The notes under the pieces are model-generated. The model did not search any database. It was given only the letters and a program-made list of their open reading frames with translations, and was not told where the DNA came from. Source: Thermodesulfobacteriota bacterium (lineage in GTDB: Bacteria; Desulfobacterota; Desulfobulbia; Desulfobulbales; SURF-16). From it: DNA of 64,000 bases. Both the position numbers and the translations under genes were made by a program. Below are positions 1-8,285 of this stretch, piece after piece; position 1 is the stretch's first letter, and each line of letters begins with the position of its first letter. The stretch covers positions 1,923 through 65,922 of the forward strand of contig JBFMAY010000023.1 in assembly GCA_040755455.1 (NCBI GenBank), read 5' to 3'.

Positions 1-252
1 GGCTGCACCATGGCGGGCAGAAACCATATCGAGTTTTTTGTACAGGACCAGGGGCCAGGCATTCCTCAGGCCCAGCAGGAAACCATTTTCGATAAATACG
101 CCAGAATTTCCAGCAAACAGGATGCCCTGGTAGGCACCGGCCTGGGCCTGCACTTCTGCAAGCTGGCGGTGGAACTGCACAACGGCCGGATCGGGGTGCA
201 AAGCGAGGAAGGGAAAGGCAGCCGTTTTTTCTTCAAACTTCCCACCAAATAA
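1..252 (+). CDS. sensor histidine kinase, C-terminal HATPase_c fragment (5' end lies outside window)
   Basis: Frame 1 is open from base 1. ATP-lid motifs DQGPGIP and GTGLGLHFCK, followed by G..S..G.GS.F, are typical of HATPase_c. Stop codon at 250-252. Confidence 0.85.
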   Translation, partial: GCTMAGRNHIEFFVQDQGPGIPQAQQETIFDKYARISSKQDALVGTGLGLHFCKLAVELHNGRIGVQSEEGKGSRFFFKLPTK

Positions 253-263
253 AGGGCTTTGCC

Positions 264-1439
264 ATGGCAACTGAAAACGAAAAACAATCCCCCCGTCTCA
301 TGAACTTTCTCATTGTCGATGATCAGGATAATATGCGCCGCTCCATACGGGCCATGCTGAAACTGATCAACTACGGCAAGGAGCACTTTGAAGCGCCCAA
401 CGGCAGGGAAGCCTGGAAATTTCTCACAACCAACAGGACAAAAATCGACTTTGTCATCGCCGATTATGCCATGCCCTTCATGAAGGGCACCGAGCTGCTG
501 AGTCTCATCCGCGGCCATAACACATTACGCGATATCCCCTTTCTGATGATCACGGCGGAGGCCAACAAGGAGGTCGTTGCCGAGGCCGCCGAACACGATG
601 TCGACGCCTATCTGACCAAGCCGTTCGTCACCGCCTCGCTTGAGCACAAGATAGATGAACTGCTGGCGAAGGCCCAGAATCCTGATCCGCTGACCCTGCA
701 TCTGCGGCTGGCCCGCGACCTGGAAGAAAAAGGGGATATCCCCGGCGCCATTGAAGAGGCGAAACAGGCATCGGCCGCCAACCCCAGATCCTCCCGGCCC
801 TTCCGGGAGCTGGGCCGCCTGATGCTCAAGACCGATGACATGCCCAAGGCGCTGAAATGTTTCCAGAAAGCTATTGAAATCAACCGGCTGGATGTGACAT
901 CCTACCATTATCTCGGCCAGATCTTCTACCGCCAGGGGGAAATTGATAAGGCCATCGGTTATTTTTCCCAGGCCATGGAAATAAGCCCCCGCCATTCCGA
1001 CCGGGCCATTAAATTCGCCCGCCTGCTGGCCAAAAAAGGCAACAGCATGGAAGTGGAGAAGGTGCTGCGGCTCATTCTGAAAAACAATGAAGGTGACGCC
1101 GATATCCAGGAAGAAATCGGCGATCTGGCCATGGGTCAGGGGCTTAACGTGCTGGCCATAAAATGTTTCCGGTCCATTCTCAAGGATCAGTCTGACAATC
1201 TGATGATCAATAAGAAGCTGGGCATGGCTCTGCAAAAGAACGGGACAAACAACGAGGCGGTTCTGCATCTTGAAAAAGCGGCAAGCAAGTTTGGGGAGGA
1301 TCTTGATCTGCTTCTCAGCCTGGCCCAGGCCTTTCTCGCCATGGACATGGTTGTCCGGGCCGACAAATGGGCCTCCATCGCCCACCGCCTTTATCCCAAT
1401 AACCTTGAGGCAAAACGAATCCTTGATAAGTGCCTGTAA
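264..1439 (+). CDS. response regulator: CheY-like receiver fused to TPR repeats
   Basis: N-terminus has LIVDDQ..., the phospho-acceptor context FVIADYAMP, and the conserved K in LTKPF. The C-terminal ~260 aa has repeated A..F..A......Y..LG patterns (TPR-like). It starts 12 nt after the kinase stop. Confidence 0.85.
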   Translation: MATENEKQSPRLMNFLIVDDQDNMRRSIRAMLKLINYGKEHFEAPNGREAWKFLTTNRTKIDFVIADYAMPFMKGTELLSLIRGHNTLRDIPFLMITAEANKEVVAEAAEHDVDAYLTKPFVTASLEHKIDELLAKAQNPDPLTLHLRLARDLEEKGDIPGAIEEAKQASAANPRSSRPFRELGRLMLKTDDMPKALKCFQKAIEINRLDVTSYHYLGQIFYRQGEIDKAIGYFSQAMEISPRHSDRAIKFARLLAKKGNSMEVEKVLRLILKNNEGDADIQEEIGDLAMGQGLNVLAIKCFRSILKDQSDNLMINKKLGMALQKNGTNNEAVLHLEKAASKFGEDLDLLLSLAQAFLAMDMVVRADKWASIAHRLYPNNLEAKRILDKCL

Positions 1440-1451
1440 TCCGGCCACCGT

Positions 1452-3554
1452 ATGAAAAAAAGCAACACCACACTCCTGGCAATCCGCACCTTGAGCTATC
1501 AGGGCGGGAAAATTCTGGGCAGCAGATGGCTTCCCCTGGTTGATGCCGTCCGGCAGGCATTGGCCGCATCGGGATTTGAGCAGCCGGAGAGCAGGGACGA
1601 GCTGTTGCTCTTCACCTTTCCCCACCCCTTCCTGGCCCTCATCTCCCTGCGTGATGCTCTGGAGGCGGCCAAGGCGGAGCATGGCTGGCAGGAAAGCCAT
1701 GGCGCCCTGCCGGTGCAAACCGTCATCCACCTCATTGAGGACGAAGACACCCTGCCCCAGCTCCAGCAAGCCTCGGCCAGCGAGTGGGATCTGCTGCTGC
1801 AGGAAACCATCTATGTAACCCGGCCGCTGATGCGCAACTGGAAGGAGCTGATGGCCGGCCGTGATCTTCCCGAACACCGATTTGCAGATGACGGCGGCCC
1901 CTTTTTCCACATGGTTATCGCCGACAAGGCCACCCTGCGCAAGGTGGAACTTTTCTCCTACCGCAGTCTGCCGGTGCACGGCAAACTCAAGGAATGCTTT
2001 TACTGTGGCATGACCAGCCATACTCCGGCAAATTGTCCCAGCAAGTTCATCAGCATGCAGGTTCGGGGCATGGATCAGATCGGCTACCTGCCATTTGCCG
2101 ATTTGAACGCCATCTATAAAAAAATCTTCCCTGATTATTCCGACTGCAGCAGCAAGTGCGCGGCGGGCATCAAACCGGCGCAGCTCAGGCAGGATAAGGA
2201 ACTGCTGGTTTTTGTCTCTTTTCTAGACCTCAACCGCATTTATCAGCTGCGCTTCCTGGCCAACACCGCCTTCTGCCTCAGCACCAAGTGGGACGCCCAG
2301 GACAGCACGGACATGATCAACATTGACAGCCGCAATCTCCATTTAGGGTTCGATTGCCTGCGGGTCGGCCAGTATGGGCAGGCGGAGGAGCTGCTCACCC
2401 GGGAGAGCAAAAAGAGGGAGGGGAAACAGTTCTACGCCACAGTGGGCCTGGCTTTCTGGGCCCTGGAGCTGGGGCGGGCCAAGGATATGGGCCATTACCT
2501 GGAAAAGGCGAAAAATATCGCCACCCAGGAAAAGGAGCGTCTTTACAGCCATCTGCTGCTTTCCCGCTACTACGAACTGCATAATGATTCGTGGAAGGCG
2601 AAAGAGGCGGTCGGCAACGCCAGCAAAATCGATGCCGACGCCTTGGACTGCCAGTACCGCAGAATACAGCACAATGTCCGCTATGGTTTTGATGAAGGCG
2701 ACCTCAAACGCCTGCGCGTCCTCATGCTGGGGCAGAAAGAAATTTTCATGACCGCCCTCATGGACCCCCTGCTCCTGCCGATGCAGGGCCTGGTCAACGA
2801 TCTCGCCATTGAGCACATGCGCTATCAGCGGCAGGAAGCGGCAAAAAACATGGCCATGGCCGAAGCAGAGTCGGTTGAAATGAGCTGCTGGTTTGACGAA
2901 AAGGATCCTGCTGTTGAAGAAAACAGCAAGGCGCTCAACGAATTGCGGAAACAGTACAAAAAGGAGACCTATTATGATCTGCTGGATGTTCTAGAGCGGG
3001 CAAAAGGGCACGCCTACGGTTGTCAGCGGATTCGCAAAGGCAAAATAGAGGAACTTGAGGCAAGAAGAAAGGAGCTCGAAAACAGGCTGCAGCACTACCA
3101 GGATTTCTGGCAGGGTTATGAATACAAGAGCTATTTTAACCCCTTCCAGCAGTCCATTCTTTCGGTAATCAATGCCCTCCATGAGACACGGGGCCTGATT
3201 GCCAGGCAGCAGGGCCAGGAGTACCGGGCCGCTGTCAGCCTGCTTGATCAGGTGGAAACTTCCCTTGCCTCCCTGCAGGAAATGCAGGGCAAAATGATCT
3301 GGATCAGACTCCTGTTAAACGGCTTGAAACTCTTTGTCAAAAAAACGATACTTGCCGAACTGTCGCTGCTTGCCGCAGGCTTTATTGTTTTCATGGTCTT
3401 TCCCCTGCTGCTGAACAACACCTCCTACGCCTCACTGCACGGCATTCTCAGCGACCCGCTGCTGCAGAAAAAAAGCCTGCTGATCTCGACCTTCTTCCTG
3501 GCCCCTTTGCTGGCAATGATCTGGACCGCATGGCAGATGAAGGACGAGAACTGA
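1452..3554 (+). CDS. hypothetical membrane-anchored protein with CX2CX4HX4C zinc knuckle, helical/TPR-like middle, coiled coil and 2 C-terminal TM helices
   Basis: 700-aa ORF starting 13 nt after the RR stop. CFYCGMTSHTPANC is encoded at 1995-2036. Hydrophobic stretches LAELSLLAAGFIVFMVFPLLL and LLISTFFLAPLLAMIW lie at the C-terminus. Confidence 0.7.
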   Translation: MKKSNTTLLAIRTLSYQGGKILGSRWLPLVDAVRQALAASGFEQPESRDELLLFTFPHPFLALISLRDALEAAKAEHGWQESHGALPVQTVIHLIEDEDTLPQLQQASASEWDLLLQETIYVTRPLMRNWKELMAGRDLPEHRFADDGGPFFHMVIADKATLRKVELFSYRSLPVHGKLKECFYCGMTSHTPANCPSKFISMQVRGMDQIGYLPFADLNAIYKKIFPDYSDCSSKCAAGIKPAQLRQDKELLVFVSFLDLNRIYQLRFLANTAFCLSTKWDAQDSTDMINIDSRNLHLGFDCLRVGQYGQAEELLTRESKKREGKQFYATVGLAFWALELGRAKDMGHYLEKAKNIATQEKERLYSHLLLSRYYELHNDSWKAKEAVGNASKIDADALDCQYRRIQHNVRYGFDEGDLKRLRVLMLGQKEIFMTALMDPLLLPMQGLVNDLAIEHMRYQRQEAAKNMAMAEAESVEMSCWFDEKDPAVEENSKALNELRKQYKKETYYDLLDVLERAKGHAYGCQRIRKGKIEELEARRKELENRLQHYQDFWQGYEYKSYFNPFQQSILSVINALHETRGLIARQQGQEYRAAVSLLDQVETSLASLQEMQGKMIWIRLLLNGLKLFVKKTILAELSLLAAGFIVFMVFPLLLNNTSYASLHGILSDPLLQKKSLLISTFFLAPLLAMIWTAWQMKDEN

Positions 3555-3634
3555 TCTGGAATGAGGAGTGAGGAGATGCAGGGGCTGGCCTTGTGCCTGC
3601 CCTGGGAGATGCAGGGGCGCTTCGCGAACCGCCA

Positions 3635-4738
3635 TCAACCATCATCACCCACAACCCTGTTTCTGCCCTGCTGCTTGGCCTTGTATAAGCGTTTATCGGC
3701 CAGCTCCAGCAAGTCGGTCATGTTCAGGGCGGCCAGCTCGCCGGCCGAGGCCACGCCGACAGAGATGGTGATGGAAATTTTCTCGCCCTGATAAATAAAG
3801 TAATGGTCGGCGATCTTTTTCCGCAACCGCTCGGCAAAATCCACCCCGCTTTTCACCGGACCCTGGCAGATGCCGTAAAATTCCTCGCCGCCGTACCGGC
3901 CTACATCATCCTCTTTCCGTTTGGTGGCGAGCATGACCGAGGCCAGTTCCTCCAGGATAAAATCGCCGGCCAGATGGCCATGGCTGTCATTGACCGCTTT
4001 GAAAAAATCGATATCGATCATGAGAAAGGAAAAATCCTTGATGTGGCCGCGCTCACGCTCGCCGATCTTTACCTCCAGGATCCTCTCCATGATCTTTCGC
4101 TGGGGCAGACCGGTCAGCTCGTCAAAATACCCGATCTTTTCCAGCAGATCCTTCTGTTCCATTTCCTTGGTGACATCGGTGAGACATCCCAGGGACAGAG
4201 AAATTTTATCCTGGGGGAATGTTTCGATGCGGCCCTGATCCTTGAGCCAGATGACCCGGCCGCCGGACAGGCCGACCTGGTATACCGCCTCCACCTGCCC
4301 CTGTTTCCTCACCTCTTCCCGCAGGTCGATTCTCTTGCCGGACAACTGCTGCCGGGTGAGGATTTCTTCCTCCACCTCATAACCTGCCGGGCCGGTGTAA
4401 CGATAAACCCGCCGGTCAAGGATGGCCTCCCGGAACACCCGGGAGACATTGATACTGGTGCAGCCGAGCAGTTCGATGAACCGGTTGCCCGTATGTTCAT
4501 ACCAGATAATGTTTTCACCCTCATTCCAGGCGGCCAGATAGGGCATGAGCGGATAGCCGCACTGTTCAATTTTCTCCGAGGCGGAAATAATCGCCTGGAC
4601 CCTTTGCTTGATGGCGTCACTGTAATCGCCGAAAAGAATCCTGCCCACGTAATTGGCTGGGGCTTTCTCCACAGTTTTCTGTTTCATGGCTTTGGCAAAC
4701 CTGCTCGCATACGCTGCAAAAATTAAAACGGAAAACAC
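3635..4738 (-). CDS. diguanylate cyclase (GGDEF) with PAS-like N-terminal sensor
   Basis: Motifs DIDFFKAVNDSHGH, RYGGEEF and LYKAKQQGRN are present. The ORF-track start is a GTG; an ATG at 4687 (MKQKT...) is an alternative start. Confidence 0.85.
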   Translation of the reverse strand: MFSVLIFAAYASRFAKAMKQKTVEKAPANYVGRILFGDYSDAIKQRVQAIISASEKIEQCGYPLMPYLAAWNEGENIIWYEHTGNRFIELLGCTSINVSRVFREAILDRRVYRYTGPAGYEVEEEILTRQQLSGKRIDLREEVRKQGQVEAVYQVGLSGGRVIWLKDQGRIETFPQDKISLSLGCLTDVTKEMEQKDLLEKIGYFDELTGLPQRKIMERILEVKIGERERGHIKDFSFLMIDIDFFKAVNDSHGHLAGDFILEELASVMLATKRKEDDVGRYGGEEFYGICQGPVKSGVDFAERLRKKIADHYFIYQGEKISITISVGVASAGELAALNMTDLLELADKRLYKAKQQGRNRVVGDDG

Positions 4739-4927
4739 TCCTGCCGCAACCCGTCAGACAACAGGCCGTACTGCCATATCTAAGAAATATACGACAAAAT
4801 GTATCGAAAAGATAATGATTTATCAACTGTTTCAGTTATATAATATCTCCCACCTGCCGGTTCATACTGTTCAGCCGCGGCAATCAGGCAGCCTGTCACA
4901 GGCCCCCTCGCAAACCCCGCATCAAGG

Positions 4928-6361
4928 ATGCCAATAATGAACATTTTTCATCTCTGCACCGCGCTTTTTTTCCTGACAGCACTTCCGGCCCTGGCCGGCA
5001 GCAGCGAAAGTGCCGCCGTTGATATCGCCGGTCTCGCCACCAGCGGCATGGGGTATTTCTCCATATTTCTTTTCGTCGGCGCCTATACCCTGGTCATCTT
5101 TGAAGAACAGCTGCATCTGCGCAAAAGCAAACCCGTTCTGATGGCGGCCGGCATCATCTGGGTGCTGGTTGCCGTCACATTTGCCGGGCTTGGCGACAAA
5201 ACCCATGCCCAGGAGGCCATCAGACACAACCTCCTCGAATATGCCGAGCTTTTTCTCTTTCTGCTGGTCGCCATGACCTACATCAACTCCATGGATGAGC
5301 GGAACGTCTTCCAGGCCCTGCGCACCTGGCTGATCAACCGCGGTTTTTCCCTGCGCAGCATTTTCTGGGTGACAGGGCTGCTCTCCTTTTTCATTTCCCC
5401 GGTGGCCGACAACCTGACCACCGCCCTGCTCATGGGTGCCGTGGCCATGGCCGTGGGCGGCCACAACCAGCAGTTCATCGTCCTGGCCTGCATCAACATC
5501 GTGGTGGCAGCCAATGCCGGTGGCGCCTTTTCACCCTTTGGCGATATCACCACCCTCATGGTCTGGCAGAAAGGCAAGGTGGAATTCCTTGAATTTTTCG
5601 CCATCTTCCTGCCCTCGGTGATCAACTGGCTGGTGCCGGCGATGATGATGCATTTCGCCCTGAGCAAGGAACCTCCCCAGCAGGTGGAAATCAACTTCCG
5701 CATGAAGCTCGGCGCCATAAGAATCATGCTCCTGTTCCTGCTCACCATTGCCACGGCCGTCTGTTTTCACAACTTTCTCCACCTGCCGCCGGCCGCCGGC
5801 ATGATGCTCGGCCTGGGCTACCTGGGCTTTTTTTCCTATTACCTCAAAAAAAAGGAACAGCGCCTCCACGATGTGGATGACAACCCCCTGGGGGCGCAGA
5901 CCGACCACCGGAAACCCATGTATTTCGACCTGTTCAGGAGGGTGGCCAGGGCGGAATGGGACACCCTGCTGTTTTTCTACGGCGTGATTCTCTGTGTGGG
6001 GGGATTGTCGCAGTTCGGTTATCTGGCCCTGCTGTCCAATTATCTGTATCAGGATCTCGGCGCCACCACCGCCAATGTGGCGATAGGCATCCTGTCTGCG
6101 GTGATTGATAATATTCCGGTGATGTTTGCCGTGCTCACCATGGACCCGGCCATGTCCCACGGCCAGTGGCTGCTGGTCACCCTGACCGCCGGGGTCGGCG
6201 GCAGCCTGCTCTCCATCGGTTCAGCCGCAGGTGTTGCCCTCATGGGCGCGGCCCGGGGCACGTATACCTTCGGGGCCCATCTGAAGTGGACGCCGGCCAT
6301 CGCCCTGGGCTACGCCGCCAGCATCTGGCTGCACCTGTTCATCAACAGCCGGATGATGTAG
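4928..6361 (+). CDS. nhaD: NhaD/ArsB-superfamily Na+/H+ antiporter
   Basis: 477-aa polytopic membrane protein. It has the SPFGDITTLMVW and IDNIPV motifs I associate with NhaD-type antiporters. N-terminal signal-like segment. Confidence 0.7.
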   Translation: MPIMNIFHLCTALFFLTALPALAGSSESAAVDIAGLATSGMGYFSIFLFVGAYTLVIFEEQLHLRKSKPVLMAAGIIWVLVAVTFAGLGDKTHAQEAIRHNLLEYAELFLFLLVAMTYINSMDERNVFQALRTWLINRGFSLRSIFWVTGLLSFFISPVADNLTTALLMGAVAMAVGGHNQQFIVLACINIVVAANAGGAFSPFGDITTLMVWQKGKVEFLEFFAIFLPSVINWLVPAMMMHFALSKEPPQQVEINFRMKLGAIRIMLLFLLTIATAVCFHNFLHLPPAAGMMLGLGYLGFFSYYLKKKEQRLHDVDDNPLGAQTDHRKPMYFDLFRRVARAEWDTLLFFYGVILCVGGLSQFGYLALLSNYLYQDLGATTANVAIGILSAVIDNIPVMFAVLTMDPAMSHGQWLLVTLTAGVGGSLLSIGSAAGVALMGAARGTYTFGAHLKWTPAIALGYAASIWLHLFINSRMM

Positions 6362-6385
6362 GGAGGCTTTAAGCCATAAGCGGCA

Positions 6386-6606
6386 TTACACCCAATTTGC
6401 CTGTTGCAGGCCGGGCCCGCTGTGAAACTCACGGAGATTATTGGTCACCAGGGTAAGGGCCAGGCTGCTGGCATGGGCAGCTATCAACATAGCCATGTCC
6501 CGATCACCTTGCCCTTGCCCTCCAGCAAGGCGCGCATCTCGCCATAGCGGCAGGCTGCCCGGTCATCAAAGGGGACGATCTCAAGCGGGGCGACACAGGC
6601 ATGCAA
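6386..6606 (-). pseudogene. vapC: vapC (PIN-domain toxin) remnant, N-terminally truncated and frameshifted
   Basis: The minus strand reads ...VAPLEIVPFDDRAACRYGEMRALLEGKGKVIG. After a -1 shift in the CCC run at 6499-6501 it continues DMAMLIAAHASSLALTLVTNNLREFHSGPGLQQANWV*. This is the canonical C-terminal half of VapC. The N-terminal half is missing and the remnant abuts the repeat at 6614. Confidence 0.6.
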
Positions 6607-6613
6607 GGGCGAA

Positions 6614-6683
6614 GGGGACGTCCATAAAATCATAAATTAATCAATATTTGGTTCAGGAAACTTATAATTTTATGGACGTCCCC
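6614..6683. repeat. 70-bp inverted-repeat element, copy 1 (MITE-like)
   Basis: GGGGACGTCCATAAAATCATAA ... TTATAATTTTATGGACGTCCCC. The 22-bp arms have 1 mismatch and are separated by a 26-nt AT-rich spacer. Confidence 0.85.
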
Positions 6684-6843
6684 AATTTGTCCCCCAATTT
6701 GTCCCCTGCTCCAAGAATTGGGGCACCCTCTTTGCCCAAGGCCATAATTATGGCCGAAGCAAAAACCGTCAGGATGAAGGAGTAGGGAGTATTTTTTTCA
6801 TAGCTGGTGTTTTGCTTGATAAAGCAACTATATGATTTTTTGA

Positions 6844-7083
6844 TCAAATCAATAACATTATTAATTCAGATAATTTGTATAGGAACAGCACCCCTCCTCC
6901 TAACAAACACATTACGATACCGATTATTAACAGCCAACCAATTTTTTTAACCCTATCCTTGCGTATTTCCTCTGCGTGCCCAGAAAAACCAACCCTGCCT
7001 GTATAATATGAATAACCCCACCAAGCCCCATAAAAAGCGAAGATTGCCTGCATTATTCCAATTATTGTTTGAAGTATTTGCAT
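6844..7083 (-). CDS. small 2-TM membrane protein, paralog A
   Basis: MQILQTIIGIMQAIFAFYGAWWGYSYYTGRVGFSGHAEEIRKDRVKKIGWLLIIGIVMCLLGG... is a near-copy of the ORF at 7230-7472. The start was chosen by alignment to paralog B. The ORF track extends it to 7119. Confidence 0.5.
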   Translation of the reverse strand: MQILQTIIGIMQAIFAFYGAWWGYSYYTGRVGFSGHAEEIRKDRVKKIGWLLIIGIVMCLLGGGVLFLYKLSELIMLLI

Positions 7084-7181
7084 TTTCTTACCGGATATAA
7101 GCCTTGAATCCACCTTCACCTATCTCATAACAATAATCCCACCAAGAAGGGATACCACTCATATCGCCACCCAGGCAAAGA

Positions 7182-7251
7182 GGGGACGTCCATAAAATCA
7201 TAAATTAATCGATATGTGACTCAGAAAACTTATAATTTTATGGACGTCCCC
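7182..7251. repeat. 70-bp inverted-repeat element, copy 2 (MITE-like)
   Basis: Arms are identical to copy 1. About 7 substitutions are confined to the central spacer. Confidence 0.85.
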
Positions 7252-7472
7252 AATTTGCACAATTTGTCCACTAATAATAACACACCTCCTAACATACAAA
7301 TTATAATGCAAATTATTAATAACCACCCAAACTTTTTAACTCTACCCTTGCGTGTTTCTTCCTCTTGTCCAGAAAAACCGACTCTGCCTGTATAATATGA
7401 AAAGAACCACCAAGCCCCATATAAAGCAAAGAGTGCCTGCAGTATTCCGATAAGTGTTTGAAGTATTTTCAT
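7230..7472 (-). CDS. small 2-TM membrane protein, paralog B
   Basis: MKILQTLIGILQALFALYGAWWFFSYYTGRVGFSGQEEETRKGRVKKFGWLLIICIIICMLGG... The last codons and the stop lie inside repeat copy 2. Confidence 0.5.
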   Translation of the reverse strand: MKILQTLIGILQALFALYGAWWFFSYYTGRVGFSGQEEETRKGRVKKFGWLLIICIIICMLGGVLLLVDKLCKLGTSIKL

Positions 7473-7481
7473 TTTTTTATC

Positions 7482-7994
7482 TTATATGATGCTTGAATCC
7501 ATTTTCACTGATTTCATAAGCATATTTCCACCATGATGGGGCAAATTGGGGACGTCCCCAATTTGTCTGATAATCGGCTGCAGGACTTCTGAGTTCTCCG
7601 ACGATTCCAGGAAGGCGGCGGTAAAGGCCTGCATGGCCTCCAGGAAATCAAATCCCGCAATCTGCTCGGCAACAAAACCCAGATCACTGAAAATATCCGG
7701 GAGATCATCCAGGTCCGGCGGCATGCCGCGCAGAAGTCCCACCAGGGCCTTGGCCGTGTCCTCGTCCTGGAAGAATTGCTGGAAAATATCATCCAGGAGG
7801 TTCCGTTCATCTTCTGTGTCGGTTGGGATGGTGAGCAGCAGGGCGACTATCCCGTCACGGACGGCAAGCTGCAGGGCCTCTTTTTCTTTCGGGCCGGAGA
7901 AGGATTTTGCAATACGGCTCCCTGCAGCACTCAGCAATTTCCCGGTCAAACCGGATGCCACACTGGTCAGCAACTTCGAGGTGATGGGGTCCAT
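7482..7994 (-). CDS. hypothetical acidic helical protein (170 aa)
   Basis: ORF in the AT-rich patch with no motif I recognise. A perfect 24-bp palindrome at 7542-7565 lies inside its 3' part. Confidence 0.5.
   Translation of the reverse strand: MDPITSKLLTSVASGLTGKLLSAAGSRIAKSFSGPKEKEALQLAVRDGIVALLLTIPTDTEDERNLLDDIFQQFFQDEDTAKALVGLLRGMPPDLDDLPDIFSDLGFVAEQIAGFDFLEAMQAFTAAFLESSENSEVLQPIIRQIGDVPNLPHHGGNMLMKSVKMDSSII
7542..7565. repeat. perfect 24-bp palindrome CAAATTGGGGACGTCCCCAATTTG (apparent empty site of the IR element)
   Basis: Its flanks (GGCAAA..GGGGACGTCCCC AATTTG) match the flanks of copies 1 and 2, but the 50-bp AT-rich core is absent. Confidence 0.8.
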
Positions 7995-8215
7995 ATCACG
8001 CTCCCCTTGGCTTATGACATTTCACGTACTGGTCGGGTGAATAGATATTGAAAATTTGCCGCAGCATACGGCATTTCATCTTCTCTAACAAAACCGGCAA
8101 GGCAAATCAACAAGTTATGAAGATATCAGCTTTTTTCCCGAATTTTCGTACAGGGCGAGAAGGGAGAAAATCAGCAGTCGGCAAGAGCACCAGGATGAAG
8201 AGAAGCTGCATCTAC

Positions 8216-8244
8216 TTGACAGCTTGAAAAACACCAACTATTAT
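8216..8244 (+). promoter_or_regulatory. sigma70-type promoter candidate for the LOG-like gene
   Basis: TTGACA (8216-8221), 17-nt spacer, TATTAT (8239-8244). It sits 42 nt upstream of the ATG at 8286. Confidence 0.4.
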
Positions 8245-8285
8245 TCCCCTCCCAATAAAACTTTACCTGACATGCACAAATCATC

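Noticed and set aside
525-2021. Very long ORFs antisense to confident genes. Examples: 525-2021, 14523-15716, 19748-20584, 21164-22183, 22211-23158, 24740-25672, 27199-28107, 41179-42480, 44682-45752, 51551-52618, 54947-55906.
   Set aside because: They are shadows of real genes in GC-rich DNA. Their translations are Gly/Arg/Pro/His-rich low-complexity sequence with no motifs, and each is fully covered by a motif-supported gene on the other strand.
6441-6847. ORFs 6441-6635 (+) and 6662-6847 (-).
   Set aside because: The first is the opposite-strand shadow of the vapC remnant. The second is AT-rich filler that ends inside the IR element (its GTSIKL tail is encoded by the repeat).
6614-7251. 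Integron attC sites / cassette array (small promoterless ORFs each followed by an imperfect palindrome, with a TA remnant nearby).
   Set aside because: The elements lack the RYYYAAC...GTTRRRY core sites. No intI is present. The palindrome arms are nearly perfect, rather than carrying the extrahelical-base pattern typical of attC.
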